Shown: positions 35,561 to 45,575 of the stretch, in pieces
Layout: every line of letters starts with the position of its first letter
How positions within the stretch are numbered: the first letter of the stretch is position 1
Origin: Thermoplasmata archaeon
GTDB lineage: Archaea > Thermoplasmatota > Thermoplasmata > Lutacidiplasmatales > SKW197
Direction of reading: 5' to 3'
Assembly: GCA_049970095.1 (NCBI GenBank)
Contig: JBMFNP010000004.1
Coordinates: forward strand, 1 to 58,523
Length of the DNA stretch: 58,523 nucleotides
Translations under genes and position numbers: made by a program
The notes under the pieces: generated by a model
What the model saw: the letters and a program-made list of their open reading frames with translations, nothing else
What the model was told of the DNA's origin: nothing
Databases searched by the model: none

Positions 35561-36269
35561 TGTCATTGATGAGAACCCGTCCGTCAAAACTTTTTTATTC
35601 AATTTCAATATGGCAGTGAAACCTGGGCAATTTTGCATGGTATGGGATGGGATGGGTGAGGAAGTTCCCATGAGCTTTTCCTACATTGACAAACCCCACG
35701 GAATAACTGTAAAAAAGGTAGGAAAAAGTACAGCCTTACTCCATAAATTGAGGCGAGGGGAGATTCTAAGGGTACGCGGTCCTTTTGGAAATGGCTACCC
35801 GATCCTCCCTCAAAATTATCTTATCGTTTCTGGGGGCACAGGGATTGCCTCAGTAGCATCTGCAGCTGAGACAATTGCCAAAATCGGTGGAAAATGCGTA
35901 TTCCTTGCAGGTTTCCGCACAGCGGATGATGTCTTTTTCATAGAAAGGTTGAGAAAGGGCGGCATAACACTAAAAATCTGTACAGATGATGGGAGTTTAG
36001 GTTATAAGGGCTTTGTTACCGCTCTTGCGAAAAAAATTATAGAGAAAGAAAAATTTGATTTATGCATAGCATGTGGTCCAGAACCAATGTTGAAAGAACT
36101 CTGCAAGATCACTGCAGGAAAAATTAAAACTTTTGTTTCCCTTGAGCGCCATATAAAATGTGGAATTGGAATTTGCGATGCATGTTCAATCTATGGACTG
36201 CGGGTGTGCATGGAAGGCCCAGTTTTTGACGCAGATGTTCTTCTAAGTAAAGGATTTGGAGGTGATTGA
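35508..36269 (+). CDS. pyrK: Dihydroorotate dehydrogenase electron-transfer subunit
   Basis: FAD/NAD-binding fold (PGQF, RGPFGNG, GGTGIA) and a C-terminal CGIGICDAC...C 2Fe-2S motif. The true start may be TTG ~35541. Confidence 0.88.
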   Translation: MDSQNWRRLWDLHVEILDVIDENPSVKTFLFNFNMAVKPGQFCMVWDGMGEEVPMSFSYIDKPHGITVKKVGKSTALLHKLRRGEILRVRGPFGNGYPILPQNYLIVSGGTGIASVASAAETIAKIGGKCVFLAGFRTADDVFFIERLRKGGITLKICTDDGSLGYKGFVTALAKKIIEKEKFDLCIACGPEPMLKELCKITAGKIKTFVSLERHIKCGIGICDACSIYGLRVCMEGPVFDADVLLSKGFGGD

Positions 36270-36836
36270 TTGAAGATTGTAGTGTGTATTACAGGCGCAT
36301 CTGGTGCTGTATACGGGGTGCGACTTATTGAAACACTCCATCATCTGGGCCAGGAAACCTATCTTATTCTTTCGGAACATGGGGCAGAGGTAGTTGCACA
36401 TGAAACTGGCATTGATACTGAGAATCTTGCAGTCCTTACACAAAGGTGTTATAAAAATACAGATATGAATGCTGATATTGCTTCCGGCTCAGTTAAATAT
36501 GATGCATGTGTGATTGTACCGTGTAGTATGAATACACTTGCAAAAATTGCTTCCGGGATTTCAGATAATCTCATAACAAGAGTTGCATCTGTGTGTCTGA
36601 AGGAGCGAAGAAAATTGATTGTTGTGCCGAGGGAAACCCCACTCAGCAAAATACACATTGAGGGAATGTTAAGGGTTGTGGATGCTGGTGGTGTCGTGCT
36701 GCCTGCAATGCCTGGTTTCTACATGAAACCGAAGAATATTGAGGAACTCATAGATTTTATTGTGGCGAGAGTGCTTGATGCACTGGGCGTGGAACACACG
36801 CTCACTAAAAGATGGCAGCGATATGATGGAATTTGA
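36270..36836 (+). CDS. ubiX: Flavin prenyltransferase UbiX
   Basis: KIVVCITGASGAVYG, PCSMNTLAKIA and PRETPL motifs. The TTG start abuts the pyrK stop, behind GGAGGTGA. Confidence 0.9.
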   Translation: MKIVVCITGASGAVYGVRLIETLHHLGQETYLILSEHGAEVVAHETGIDTENLAVLTQRCYKNTDMNADIASGSVKYDACVIVPCSMNTLAKIASGISDNLITRVASVCLKERRKLIVVPRETPLSKIHIEGMLRVVDAGGVVLPAMPGFYMKPKNIEELIDFIVARVLDALGVEHTLTKRWQRYDGI

Positions 36837-36858
36837 AGGCTGAAACCAGTTTTCTCCC

Positions 36859-38193
36859 TCAGAAGAGCTTGTAGTGCCTATATGCCTCCAAGCCCTCAGT
36901 AAAGCAGTAGTGTATAGTCTTGAATCCCGATTTCAGTGCAATCACATCTTTTTTCACTTCTTCTGGCTCTTTCTTGTCAATACAGATTTTTTTAAGCAGG
37001 TAGGCAACTTCCTTCATTTCACTCTCTTTCATACCAATTCTTGTAAGTTCCTGCACACCCAGGCGTATTCCCGATGGATTGAGGGCAGCATTTACATCAT
37101 CCCATGGTAGAAGGTTCTTGTTGGCAATGATATTTGCTTTTTCCATGGCTTCAACACACACCGCTCCCCCACCCAGTTTTGAAACATCTACTGCAAGCGT
37201 GTGGGATTCTGTGAAACCCTTGTGTGGACAGAGCACATCAAATCCGAGTTCATACATTGCCTGCCCGAGTGCCTTTGCATTTTTCACAATCTGTTCTGCA
37301 TATTCCTTTCCAAAAACCATATGCTCAGCTAGCGAGATACACAATGCAGCCATTGCATGAAGATGGTGATTGCTTGTAACACCCGGAAACACTGCATAGG
37401 TCAATTTGTTTTTCATTTTCTCATCCTTTGGATTTGCAAGAATAATTCCATGCTGTGGTCCTGGCAGAGTTTTGTGTGTGCTTCCAGTAATTACATCCGC
37501 CCCCTCTCTCAATGGATCCTGGAATTTTCCACCAGCAATCAAACCGAGCACATGGGCAGCATCGTACCAAACCACAGCCCCCACCTCATCCAGAACAGGC
37601 TTCAGTTCTTTGAGGGGTGCAGGGAAGAGGAAGACAGACATTCCGAAAAGTGCAAGTTTTGGTTTTGTTTCCCGAATTAGCTTTGCGGCACCATCAACAT
37701 CTATGCACATCTCTTTCACATTGAATGGATAGGGCATGCCAGTAACACCGCGCACACCCACAGCTCCGAATTTTGCGCTGCTGATATGTGCACCATCAGA
37801 AACATTTGGAACAGTTATTACATCCCCAGGTTTTGTGAATGCAAACAGCACAGCCAGATTTGCAACTGTTCCAGAAATTGGGCGCACATCTGCAAATTCG
37901 CACTTGAAAAGCCTTTTTGCTAATTCAATTGCCTTTAACTCCACTTTGTCCACATAAATGTTTCCCTGGTAATATCTTGCACCCGGTAAACCCTCAGCAT
38001 ATCTGTCACAGAAATCTGAGATTAGCATTTCCCTGGCAAGTGGTGAAATCAGATTCTCAGAAGCAATCATAGGGAGGGCATTCTCAAACCATTTGTGGTG
38101 CTGTGCAATCTGTTCCCTTACAAAAAGTACATTATTGAACATTTCTTCAGCCACTTCCTCATTCATGTATCTTTCTGGAATTTTCAAGCTCAT
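36859..38193 (-). CDS. glyA: Serine hydroxymethyltransferase
   Basis: ASENLISP, GSTHKTLPGPQHG (PLP lysine) and SGIRLG motifs. Confidence 0.93.
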   Translation of the reverse strand: MSLKIPERYMNEEVAEEMFNNVLFVREQIAQHHKWFENALPMIASENLISPLAREMLISDFCDRYAEGLPGARYYQGNIYVDKVELKAIELAKRLFKCEFADVRPISGTVANLAVLFAFTKPGDVITVPNVSDGAHISSAKFGAVGVRGVTGMPYPFNVKEMCIDVDGAAKLIRETKPKLALFGMSVFLFPAPLKELKPVLDEVGAVVWYDAAHVLGLIAGGKFQDPLREGADVITGSTHKTLPGPQHGIILANPKDEKMKNKLTYAVFPGVTSNHHLHAMAALCISLAEHMVFGKEYAEQIVKNAKALGQAMYELGFDVLCPHKGFTESHTLAVDVSKLGGGAVCVEAMEKANIIANKNLLPWDDVNAALNPSGIRLGVQELTRIGMKESEMKEVAYLLKKICIDKKEPEEVKKDVIALKSGFKTIHYCFTEGLEAYRHYKLF

Positions 38194-38261
38194 TGTATCA
38201 CCATGAGCCTATACGCAACCAATAAATTATACTTTTGCTTCAACCCATTATGGAAGGGAAT

Positions 38262-38972
38262 ATGGATAGCATCATGCGCGCTAAGATTGCAGCTGCAGAA
38301 GCAGCAGTAAGGTATGTGGAGGATGGAATGATTGTGGGTCTTGGCACAGGAAGCACCGCAGAAATCTTTGTGCGAAAACTATGTGAGCGAATAAAAAGAG
38401 AGGGAATCTCCATATCTGGAGTCACCACATCCAGAAAAACCAGTATCCTGGCAGAAGAAATGGGAATAAAAATTATAGAAATAGATAAAGAGACAGAAAT
38501 TGACCTCACAGTAGATGGTGCTGATGAGGTGGCACCAGACCTAACTCTCATAAAGGGAATGGGTGGTGCACTTCTCTGGGAGAAAATTGTAGCAAAAATG
38601 AGCAGGAAAGTTTATATTGTAGTGGACTACACAAAGCGAGTAAGATTTCTTGGAGAGAAATCGCCATTGCCAGTTGAAATTGTGCCATATGGCTGGAAAA
38701 AAACACAGAGTGTGCTGGAAAACATGTTTGGATGCACTGCAGAAATAAGGAAGAAGAATGGAAGTATTTTTCTCTCAGACAGTGGTAACTATATTCTGGA
38801 TTGCAGATTTCAGAAAATAGAGAACCCTGAAAAGATTGAAAAGGAAATAAAGGGAATCACTGGCGTTGTAGAGTCCGGGCTTTTCTGTAAACTTGCAACC
38901 AAGGTTCTGATTGGAAAAGATGATGGAAAAGTGGATGAAGTGAATATGGGAAAACAACTTGACTACTTGTAA
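38262..38972 (+). CDS. rpiA: Ribose-5-phosphate isomerase A
   Basis: GLGTGSTAE, DGADEV and KGMGGALLWEKIV motifs. Confidence 0.92.
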   Translation: MDSIMRAKIAAAEAAVRYVEDGMIVGLGTGSTAEIFVRKLCERIKREGISISGVTTSRKTSILAEEMGIKIIEIDKETEIDLTVDGADEVAPDLTLIKGMGGALLWEKIVAKMSRKVYIVVDYTKRVRFLGEKSPLPVEIVPYGWKKTQSVLENMFGCTAEIRKKNGSIFLSDSGNYILDCRFQKIENPEKIEKEIKGITGVVESGLFCKLATKVLIGKDDGKVDEVNMGKQLDYL

Positions 38973-39340
38973 TTCACCATCAACTCTTTCATTTTTTTCA
39001 GGTTTTCATGGATTTTTTCAACCCTTTCGTTTTCTTGTGCCTCAATGGACTCGATTATCTGGGAAAATGGAATTGCCAGGCTGTAGTAATGGACTGGCCT
39101 GCCCTTGCCTTCCTTTTTTAGGTCCCTCTTTGTAACCCAGTTCCTCTTTCTCAATTCCTGGATTGCAATGGAAACCTCTGGCTGCCTCAAAAATGCTGAG
39201 TGTTCAATTTCCATAGAGGTAACTTCACCTGCTGATGCTAGATATACTAATACTTTTGCAACATTTTTGGGAATGTTCGCTTTTATTAATACGGAAATCA
39301 TCTCCTGGTCTATTTCTTTTAGATTTCCAGGCATATTCAT
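38963..39340 (-). CDS. Winged-helix transcriptional regulator (ArsR/MarR/TrmB-like)
   Basis: VAKVLVYLASAGEVTSMEIEHSAFLRQPEVSIAIQELRKRNWV...GRP matches an HTH-plus-wing pattern. Confidence 0.7.
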   Translation of the reverse strand: MNMPGNLKEIDQEMISVLIKANIPKNVAKVLVYLASAGEVTSMEIEHSAFLRQPEVSIAIQELRKRNWVTKRDLKKEGKGRPVHYYSLAIPFSQIIESIEAQENERVEKIHENLKKMKELMVNYK

Positions 39341-39535
39341 TCACCAAAAGATATTATTAAAAAAGCAGTATTTAAGTTTTTCTATCTATGGGGGAAGGTA
39401 GAAAAATGTATATGTTCCCCACTTTCCAGAAAAATTCTTATAGTACCTACCAATTTTTCTACACCACCACAAAATCAAAAGGTTAATATATCGCTACTTC
39501 ATATTCCACCCAAAGCGTCAGGGCAGGTGAACGCA

Positions 39536-41206
39536 ATGAACAAAACTAATGCTTACATAAAAGCACTTCTCTTCGGAACACTTCTGGTTATCTCAATTTT
39601 GCCCGGATATCTGGCAGAAAACGATGTGCCAGTTCCAGAAAATACTGTGGTATATCAGGACCACGATGTGTTTGTATCTCACCAACTCCCGATAAATTTT
39701 AGCATGGTACTGATAGATGCTGCCGGGGCATACATCAATCACAATATCTCAGCAAGGATGGATGACGACTCATTTCTTTCTATTACTGTTAAAGATAATG
39801 CTTTTTTCCAGATAAATGCAACAGGTTCGCTAGACCTCAGAAACAATGTAACAATGATATTTGAAGGAAATTCCTCTCTGATAATTAATGGTGGGCTTTT
39901 GAATGTTTCTGAGAACGCAACTCTTATTGTTAAAGAAAATGCAAAAATAATGATAAGTGACATGGGGAGATTGCAAATATATGGGAAGTATGAGATTGCC
40001 TGCGATTTGTTCTCAATAAAAAATGCACAGATATCTGGGTTATACCTCAACAATGCAAATCAGATAAGTTTAAAATCCGCTGACCTTGGGGATTTCAACA
40101 TTTCTAAATGCACTCAATTTAGTGCGGAAGATAGCCAGATCTCCAATGTAGAAATCTCTAGCCTGAGTAATTTTCGTGCAACAAACACACTGTCTGAAAA
40201 ATCAATCTCTGGGCTTCTTATCAGAAATGTGGAGAATTTTTCTATAGAAGATGTGAACCTCCAAATGGCCACAATAGACAACTGCACAAACTTCACTGCC
40301 AGGTCAATGTTTTCAGCAAATATATCTAAACTTACTCTCTCCCATCTTAATAAATTCGTGCTGGATGGATACAACGCAAGCAATCTTACAGTACATGCAA
40401 ATGAAGTGAGCATAAGAAACTCAAGAATAAAGGGAAATGATGGGGAGCTGAGCACACTAACAGAAGCAATGAACTTTTCAATTTCTGAGAGCTACTTTGA
40501 AAGGGGCCTCACATTTGGTGCCTCTTCAAATGTTACCATTGTAAATGCAACCATTCCTATGATAAAAGCTACAGAAAATGCCAGCATTGAGATTTATGGC
40601 TGGGCAGCCTCAAAGGAAGTAGATAAGGATAAATTCGAAGCCCAGAACATAATTGTCACGGAGAATGCAAGCGTGAAAATTTATAGATGGCTTACTGTCC
40701 AGGTTGTAAGTGCAAATAATACCCCTTTGATGGGTGCAACTGTGGTGATCATTGATACAACTGGAAAAAATGAAGTTGCAAGGAATGTGACAAATTCCTC
40801 AGGAGTTGCTGTATTTCCATTATACGCTGAAAAAATCACATGTGTTAATGGCTCAAACTATGATGTGTTCCAGGGCTGGTACACCGTAAAGGTAACATAT
40901 GAAGATTACAAATCAAACCCAGAAGCACATCCTGCAATAATGAATGATTCCATCACCGTAAAGTTCGTAATTGAAAAACCTGCGCCACCTCCACCTGACA
41001 ATATCTGGATTATTGCAGGTATTATTGTAGTGATAATCATTGTGCTCCTCCTTACCTACTACTTCTTCTACATGACAAAGAAAACTAAAGAGGAAATCGT
41101 GAGCGAACCCAAAAAGGAGAAAAAGGAAGAATGGCGCACTGAAGTAAAACCGAAATTCAAGGAGCCGCCCAAAGAATGGTCTGAGAAAAAGGAAAAAGAA
41201 GAATAG
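39536..41206 (+). CDS. Secreted, C-terminally anchored surface protein: beta-helix-like N-rich repeats plus a carboxypeptidase-regulatory-like domain
   Basis: Sec-type signal (KALLFGTLLVISILPGYLA). About 25 N-x-S/T sequons. Includes VQVVSANNTPLMGATVVIID...SGVAVFPL. Ends with PPPP, a TM helix (IWIIAGIIVVIIIVLLLTYYFF) and a K/E tail. Confidence 0.8.
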   Translation: MNKTNAYIKALLFGTLLVISILPGYLAENDVPVPENTVVYQDHDVFVSHQLPINFSMVLIDAAGAYINHNISARMDDDSFLSITVKDNAFFQINATGSLDLRNNVTMIFEGNSSLIINGGLLNVSENATLIVKENAKIMISDMGRLQIYGKYEIACDLFSIKNAQISGLYLNNANQISLKSADLGDFNISKCTQFSAEDSQISNVEISSLSNFRATNTLSEKSISGLLIRNVENFSIEDVNLQMATIDNCTNFTARSMFSANISKLTLSHLNKFVLDGYNASNLTVHANEVSIRNSRIKGNDGELSTLTEAMNFSISESYFERGLTFGASSNVTIVNATIPMIKATENASIEIYGWAASKEVDKDKFEAQNIIVTENASVKIYRWLTVQVVSANNTPLMGATVVIIDTTGKNEVARNVTNSSGVAVFPLYAEKITCVNGSNYDVFQGWYTVKVTYEDYKSNPEAHPAIMNDSITVKFVIEKPAPPPPDNIWIIAGIIVVIIIVLLLTYYFFYMTKKTKEEIVSEPKKEKKEEWRTEVKPKFKEPPKEWSEKKEKEE

Positions 41207-41220
41207 CAGTGTGTGTTGCA

Positions 41221-42912
41221 ATGAAAAATTCCTTGTTAAATATTTCATTGCTCTCTTTCATTACTGGGTTTTTGTTTATAATGCTCTCGGTCTATACAGG
41301 ACTTTCGCTTGAGGGTTATAAATCACCCCTTACGCATAACTACAACGAAGTGCTGGAACACGGAATACCCCTCTCTGAAAAAGTTGTTCTGGTAGTTGTG
41401 GATGGGCTAAGGTATGATGTTTCCATGAACATGGATTATCTGAAAAAGCTCCGTGAAAATGGTGCTGATTTTATTTCATGGACCGAAATACCCTCTCTTT
41501 CATATCCTGGCTGGACTGCGATTCTTAGTGGTGCGAAGCCAGAAATATCAGGCGTGCTCCTAAACTGGGGAAACAAAGAGGTGCATATTGAGAACATTTT
41601 TTCAGTAACAAAGGAGATGCATCTGCAAAATGCGGTTGTAGGAACGCCAGAGTGGTGGTATCTATTTGGAAACAATATAACTGGTGGAGAAAAAATTGAG
41701 CCCACATCGGATTGCATTCTTTCAGATACTCATGTAAAAAATAGTGCGCTTAGACTGGTGAGATCACAATCTAACTTTACGCTCATTCATTTTCTCAGTG
41801 TTGACTTTGCAGGGCATGCCCATGGCGGAAACTCCATCCAGTATCTGGAGAGAGCAAGGGAAATTGATGGATATATCAAGGAGATTGCCAAAGAACTTGA
41901 CTGGAACACCACAACACTTATTGTAACATCTGACCATGGACATTTGGATAGAGGTGGGCATGGTGGAGAAGAAACCCTTGCAAGAAAAGCTTTTGCTGTG
42001 TTTTATGGAAAGGGCATCAGAAAAATGAAAGGGGAAATACACCAGATTGATATATGTCCTACAATCTCCAACATCCTTGGTATAAAGATTCCCGCTGCAG
42101 CACAGGGTAGAATCATTTTTGAATGCCTAGATCAAAGCCCTCAAAACGAGGCAATCTATTCCTACCTGCTGATGAAACAGAGATATCTTTTTTGCAAATC
42201 TTATTTTACCTCTGTAAAATCGAACATTGAACTGAACAACTCGTATGTAAGTGAGGCTTATGCAGCAATTCTCAGCGGAAACACAACTTATGCAAAGGAA
42301 ATTTCCGAGAAAGGTCTCAAAGAATATGACCGCCAGATAGAAGTTGTACATGCAAGTATAGAAATAGACCAGAAACTGAATGTGAGTGCAATCATGCTCC
42401 TCCTTTTCATCTTTGTACCTTGGTGTGTGTGTATTCTTTTCAGAAAGGCAAAAATCAGTGTTAGCAGTTTACTGAAAAGTGGAGTGTTTGCGGGTTTACT
42501 CGTCCTGATGTACTCTTTTATATTTTTCCTCATAGGTCTGGATTTTTCATTTTCAGTGTTCAATGAGGCTACAGATGTATCTAAAACAATGATAATATCT
42601 TTCTTTGTGCCAGGTATACTCGTTGCTTCTTTTATCACTTTATACGGATATCTTAAATTGAAAAAAACTCCAGGTGATGTTTTCTCAATTGAAAAAGAGG
42701 GCACGGCAATCTATGGAATTCTGCTCTCCGCTTTTGTGACTTATATTGGCATAAATGCAATTCTATACGGGTTCGTATTTACTTATTTTCTCACAAATCT
42801 CCGGGCATTCATGCGTGTGTTTCTTGGCGGGTTTATTTCTGCAGGCATGCTCATGTACCTTGCTATTGGACTGCAAATACTGGAAGCTATTAGAGGGTAT
42901 ATGAAAAAATAA
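41221..42912 (+). CDS. Membrane-bound alkaline-phosphatase-superfamily enzyme (type I phosphodiesterase / PigN-like architecture)
   Basis: An N-terminal TM helix is followed by VLVVVDGLRYD and TSDHGH metal-site motifs. About 5 C-terminal TM helices follow. Confidence 0.75.
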   Translation: MKNSLLNISLLSFITGFLFIMLSVYTGLSLEGYKSPLTHNYNEVLEHGIPLSEKVVLVVVDGLRYDVSMNMDYLKKLRENGADFISWTEIPSLSYPGWTAILSGAKPEISGVLLNWGNKEVHIENIFSVTKEMHLQNAVVGTPEWWYLFGNNITGGEKIEPTSDCILSDTHVKNSALRLVRSQSNFTLIHFLSVDFAGHAHGGNSIQYLERAREIDGYIKEIAKELDWNTTTLIVTSDHGHLDRGGHGGEETLARKAFAVFYGKGIRKMKGEIHQIDICPTISNILGIKIPAAAQGRIIFECLDQSPQNEAIYSYLLMKQRYLFCKSYFTSVKSNIELNNSYVSEAYAAILSGNTTYAKEISEKGLKEYDRQIEVVHASIEIDQKLNVSAIMLLLFIFVPWCVCILFRKAKISVSSLLKSGVFAGLLVLMYSFIFFLIGLDFSFSVFNEATDVSKTMIISFFVPGILVASFITLYGYLKLKKTPGDVFSIEKEGTAIYGILLSAFVTYIGINAILYGFVFTYFLTNLRAFMRVFLGGFISAGMLMYLAIGLQILEAIRGYMKK

Positions 42913-42925
42913 ACGGGAACACAGC

Positions 42926-43759
42926 TCAGTATGTGGTGCTCATATCCAGAATTCCCAACTTTCTTGCTAGAATATCAGCGAGCTGAAATACCAGATACGC
43001 TAACAGAAAGTAAATAAAAGAAAGGATTATCAGAGAGATTGTGAGATTTGTGAGGGAAAATCCTGCCATGAATGCGTCGTTTTCGGTGCCGAGGACCGCA
43101 ATTCTGACCATTGAAAACCAGTATGTTGTGGGAAATACCAGGGCAATTTGCTGTGCCCATGATGGGAGGATTGCAACTGGAAAAACCACACCCGAAGCCA
43201 GATAAAAAATTCCTGCAAATGCCTCTCCGATGGCACCTCCATGTCTTGCTGTCACAAGATTTATGCCACTTATCAGCAACGCAGTGCCCACAATAAAAAC
43301 AAAACCAACAAACAAGACAAATCCCAGCAACGGCAGGTTAAACACATAATTTATCTTAAACAGGAGCCCGATAAGTAGAAGCACACCCATCGGCACCAGC
43401 GAGAGCAAATACCTTGTAATACTCCGTCCAACCAAATATCTAAAATAGGGTGTGGGAGAGATGTACAGATATCTTAATGTGGAATAATGTTCCCTATCAT
43501 CGTGCACAATCCAGCCAATTGAAAAAAGTGTCTGGGCAAGAATCATGTAGAAGGCATTCCCTACATACATGAACGCAAGCCCTGTACCTGTAAGTTTGCC
43601 TGAAACCACATAGAACATTGCAACCAGCAAAAGTGCTGCACCAACGGGCTTGAAAATGTTGTAAATTGCGAACACAAATGGAGAGGTCCAGTTTGACTCA
43701 ATCTGAAATTCGAGCCACATTGATGCTTTGAGTGTTTCCTTCACTCCCATCACTGCCAC
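42926..43759 (-). CDS. ABC-2 type transporter permease
   Basis: Polytopic 277-aa protein downstream of the ABC ATPase. Overlaps the next permease by 10 nt. Confidence 0.8.
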   Translation of the reverse strand: MAVMGVKETLKASMWLEFQIESNWTSPFVFAIYNIFKPVGAALLLVAMFYVVSGKLTGTGLAFMYVGNAFYMILAQTLFSIGWIVHDDREHYSTLRYLYISPTPYFRYLVGRSITRYLLSLVPMGVLLLIGLLFKINYVFNLPLLGFVLFVGFVFIVGTALLISGINLVTARHGGAIGEAFAGIFYLASGVVFPVAILPSWAQQIALVFPTTYWFSMVRIAVLGTENDAFMAGFSLTNLTISLIILSFIYFLLAYLVFQLADILARKLGILDMSTTY

Positions 43760-44565
43760 CTCATTGTGAGCGTCCCTTTTGTTTTTCCGAGATATTCCAC
43801 CTTATCCAGGGCATATTTTGCAAATATAATAAATATTACCGCAAGCATGCTCAGTATCGTGAGTTCAATCCATGGATTGAGAAAGCCCCATGGGCTACTC
43901 TCTGGAAACAGAATCTGTCGCATTGCGTCTAAACCGAGTGTTAAGGGAATTAGGGATGCAAATGCAGCTACGGTGGTGCCCAATGCCTTCACTGGAAAGT
44001 ACTGTCCTGAAAGAAAATAAATTGGTTCCTGGAGTAGATTATTCATATACCAAGCCTCTCTACCCCACATTAGGTAGAGGGAGGCAAAGAGCATCCCCAT
44101 TCCGTAAAGTGCCAGTAGTGCGACAAAAAACACAAGAGTTAGAAGCATGGGTGATGTTACCGTAAATTTCACATTAAAAATGAAAATTCCAATGAGAAGG
44201 ATAGCACTTGCTCTCATTGTGGTTGATACCATTGCGCCTATTGCCATACCTGCAAGAATTGACATTTTTGACATGGGGGCTGCAAGATAAAGCTGGAGAT
44301 TGGCAGTTTCTTTTTCCCAGTAAAGCTGTGCAGCCATGCTCCACAGCACATTTAACCAGTATGTGGTCATTATACCCCCGAGAACAACAAAGCCCTCGTA
44401 CATCTGGGGGGCGTTTAAACTCCTGTAAACATAAATAAATGCAGAAATACTCAATATCGGAAGCACCGTTTCCCAAATAATCCAGGAAGGTTCCCTCATA
44501 AGCCCAACAATTCTTGGATATGCCCTTCCCCTAATTGCGCGCAGATTGAGGAGTAAATAGCTCAT
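43750..44565 (-). CDS. ABC-2 type transporter permease
   Basis: Polytopic 271-aa protein. Overlaps the ATPase stop by 4 nt. Confidence 0.8.
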   Translation of the reverse strand: MSYLLLNLRAIRGRAYPRIVGLMREPSWIIWETVLPILSISAFIYVYRSLNAPQMYEGFVVLGGIMTTYWLNVLWSMAAQLYWEKETANLQLYLAAPMSKMSILAGMAIGAMVSTTMRASAILLIGIFIFNVKFTVTSPMLLTLVFFVALLALYGMGMLFASLYLMWGREAWYMNNLLQEPIYFLSGQYFPVKALGTTVAAFASLIPLTLGLDAMRQILFPESSPWGFLNPWIELTILSMLAVIFIIFAKYALDKVEYLGKTKGTLTMRWQ

Positions 44566-45530
44566 TCCAGACCCCTTCCTGTGAGTTTTAGGAACACATC
44601 TTCCAGCGTGGGTTCCACTTTGTGCAAGGATACCACCTTGCCATTCTCTCTGTATATTCCAGAAACAACTTCGCCTGCAATTCCATCATCCTTTGCTACA
44701 AGCTTGAGTTTTATCTTGCTATCTTGCTGGGTTGCTGTATACCCTACAATTCCCTCAATTTTTCCAAGCCAGTCCATTTTTATTGCAGGCCTTATTTCAA
44801 GTTCAAGAGAAACATCTGACTTCACAAGTTTCTTTAATTCTGCAGGCGCATCCAGTGCAATGATTTTACCATGGTCAATTATCGCAATTCTATCACAGAG
44901 TTCATCAGCCTCCATCATATAATGCGTTGTGAGCAGTACAGTTCTTTCACTGTTTGAGGTCATCCACTCCTTCACAAATTTGCGGATCATTCTTGCAGTT
45001 TCTACATCAAGCCCGAGCGTGGGTTCATCAAGAAACACAATTTTTGGTTCGGTCATGAAACCTCTGATTATGTTCACCTTCTGTCTTTCTCCAGTAGATA
45101 GGGTTCTCACCTTTCTCTTTGCGAGTTCCTCTATGTGCAATCGCCTGAGCATGGAATTTATTTTCTCTGTGGCTTCCCGATTTGGAATTCCGTAAAACTG
45201 AGAAAACATCCAGAGATTCTCAAAAACCGTAAGCAATCCATAACCCGAGGTCTCACCACCAGAAACCATGTTGATAATGGGCCTTATTTTTTTGATATCT
45301 TTTTCTACATCATAGCCATACACATAAGCCTTTCCAGATGTTGGAAGCAAAAGAGTGGTAAGAATTTTTATTAAAGTGGTCTTTCCAGCACCATTGGGCC
45401 CTAGCAGTCCAAACAATTCTCCTTTTTTTACAGTTAAATTTACATTATCTAATGCGCGAACTGTTTTTCCCTTACTTTTGAAATCCCTAGTCAGTCTAAT
45501 ACATTCAATTGCATCCACACGCATATGCAA
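44562..45530 (-). CDS. ABC transporter ATP-binding protein (DrrA/ABC-2 exporter type)
   Basis: Walker A GPNGAGKTT, signature LSTGERQ, and Walker B IVFLDEPT. Confidence 0.9.
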   Translation of the reverse strand: MHMRVDAIECIRLTRDFKSKGKTVRALDNVNLTVKKGELFGLLGPNGAGKTTLIKILTTLLLPTSGKAYVYGYDVEKDIKKIRPIINMVSGGETSGYGLLTVFENLWMFSQFYGIPNREATEKINSMLRRLHIEELAKRKVRTLSTGERQKVNIIRGFMTEPKIVFLDEPTLGLDVETARMIRKFVKEWMTSNSERTVLLTTHYMMEADELCDRIAIIDHGKIIALDAPAELKKLVKSDVSLELEIRPAIKMDWLGKIEGIVGYTATQQDSKIKLKLVAKDDGIAGEVVSGIYRENGKVVSLHKVEPTLEDVFLKLTGRGLE

Positions 45531-45575
45531 TCAGTTGTAGTAGATAAAGATTATGAAAAGTGTGGGAGTGTTTCT

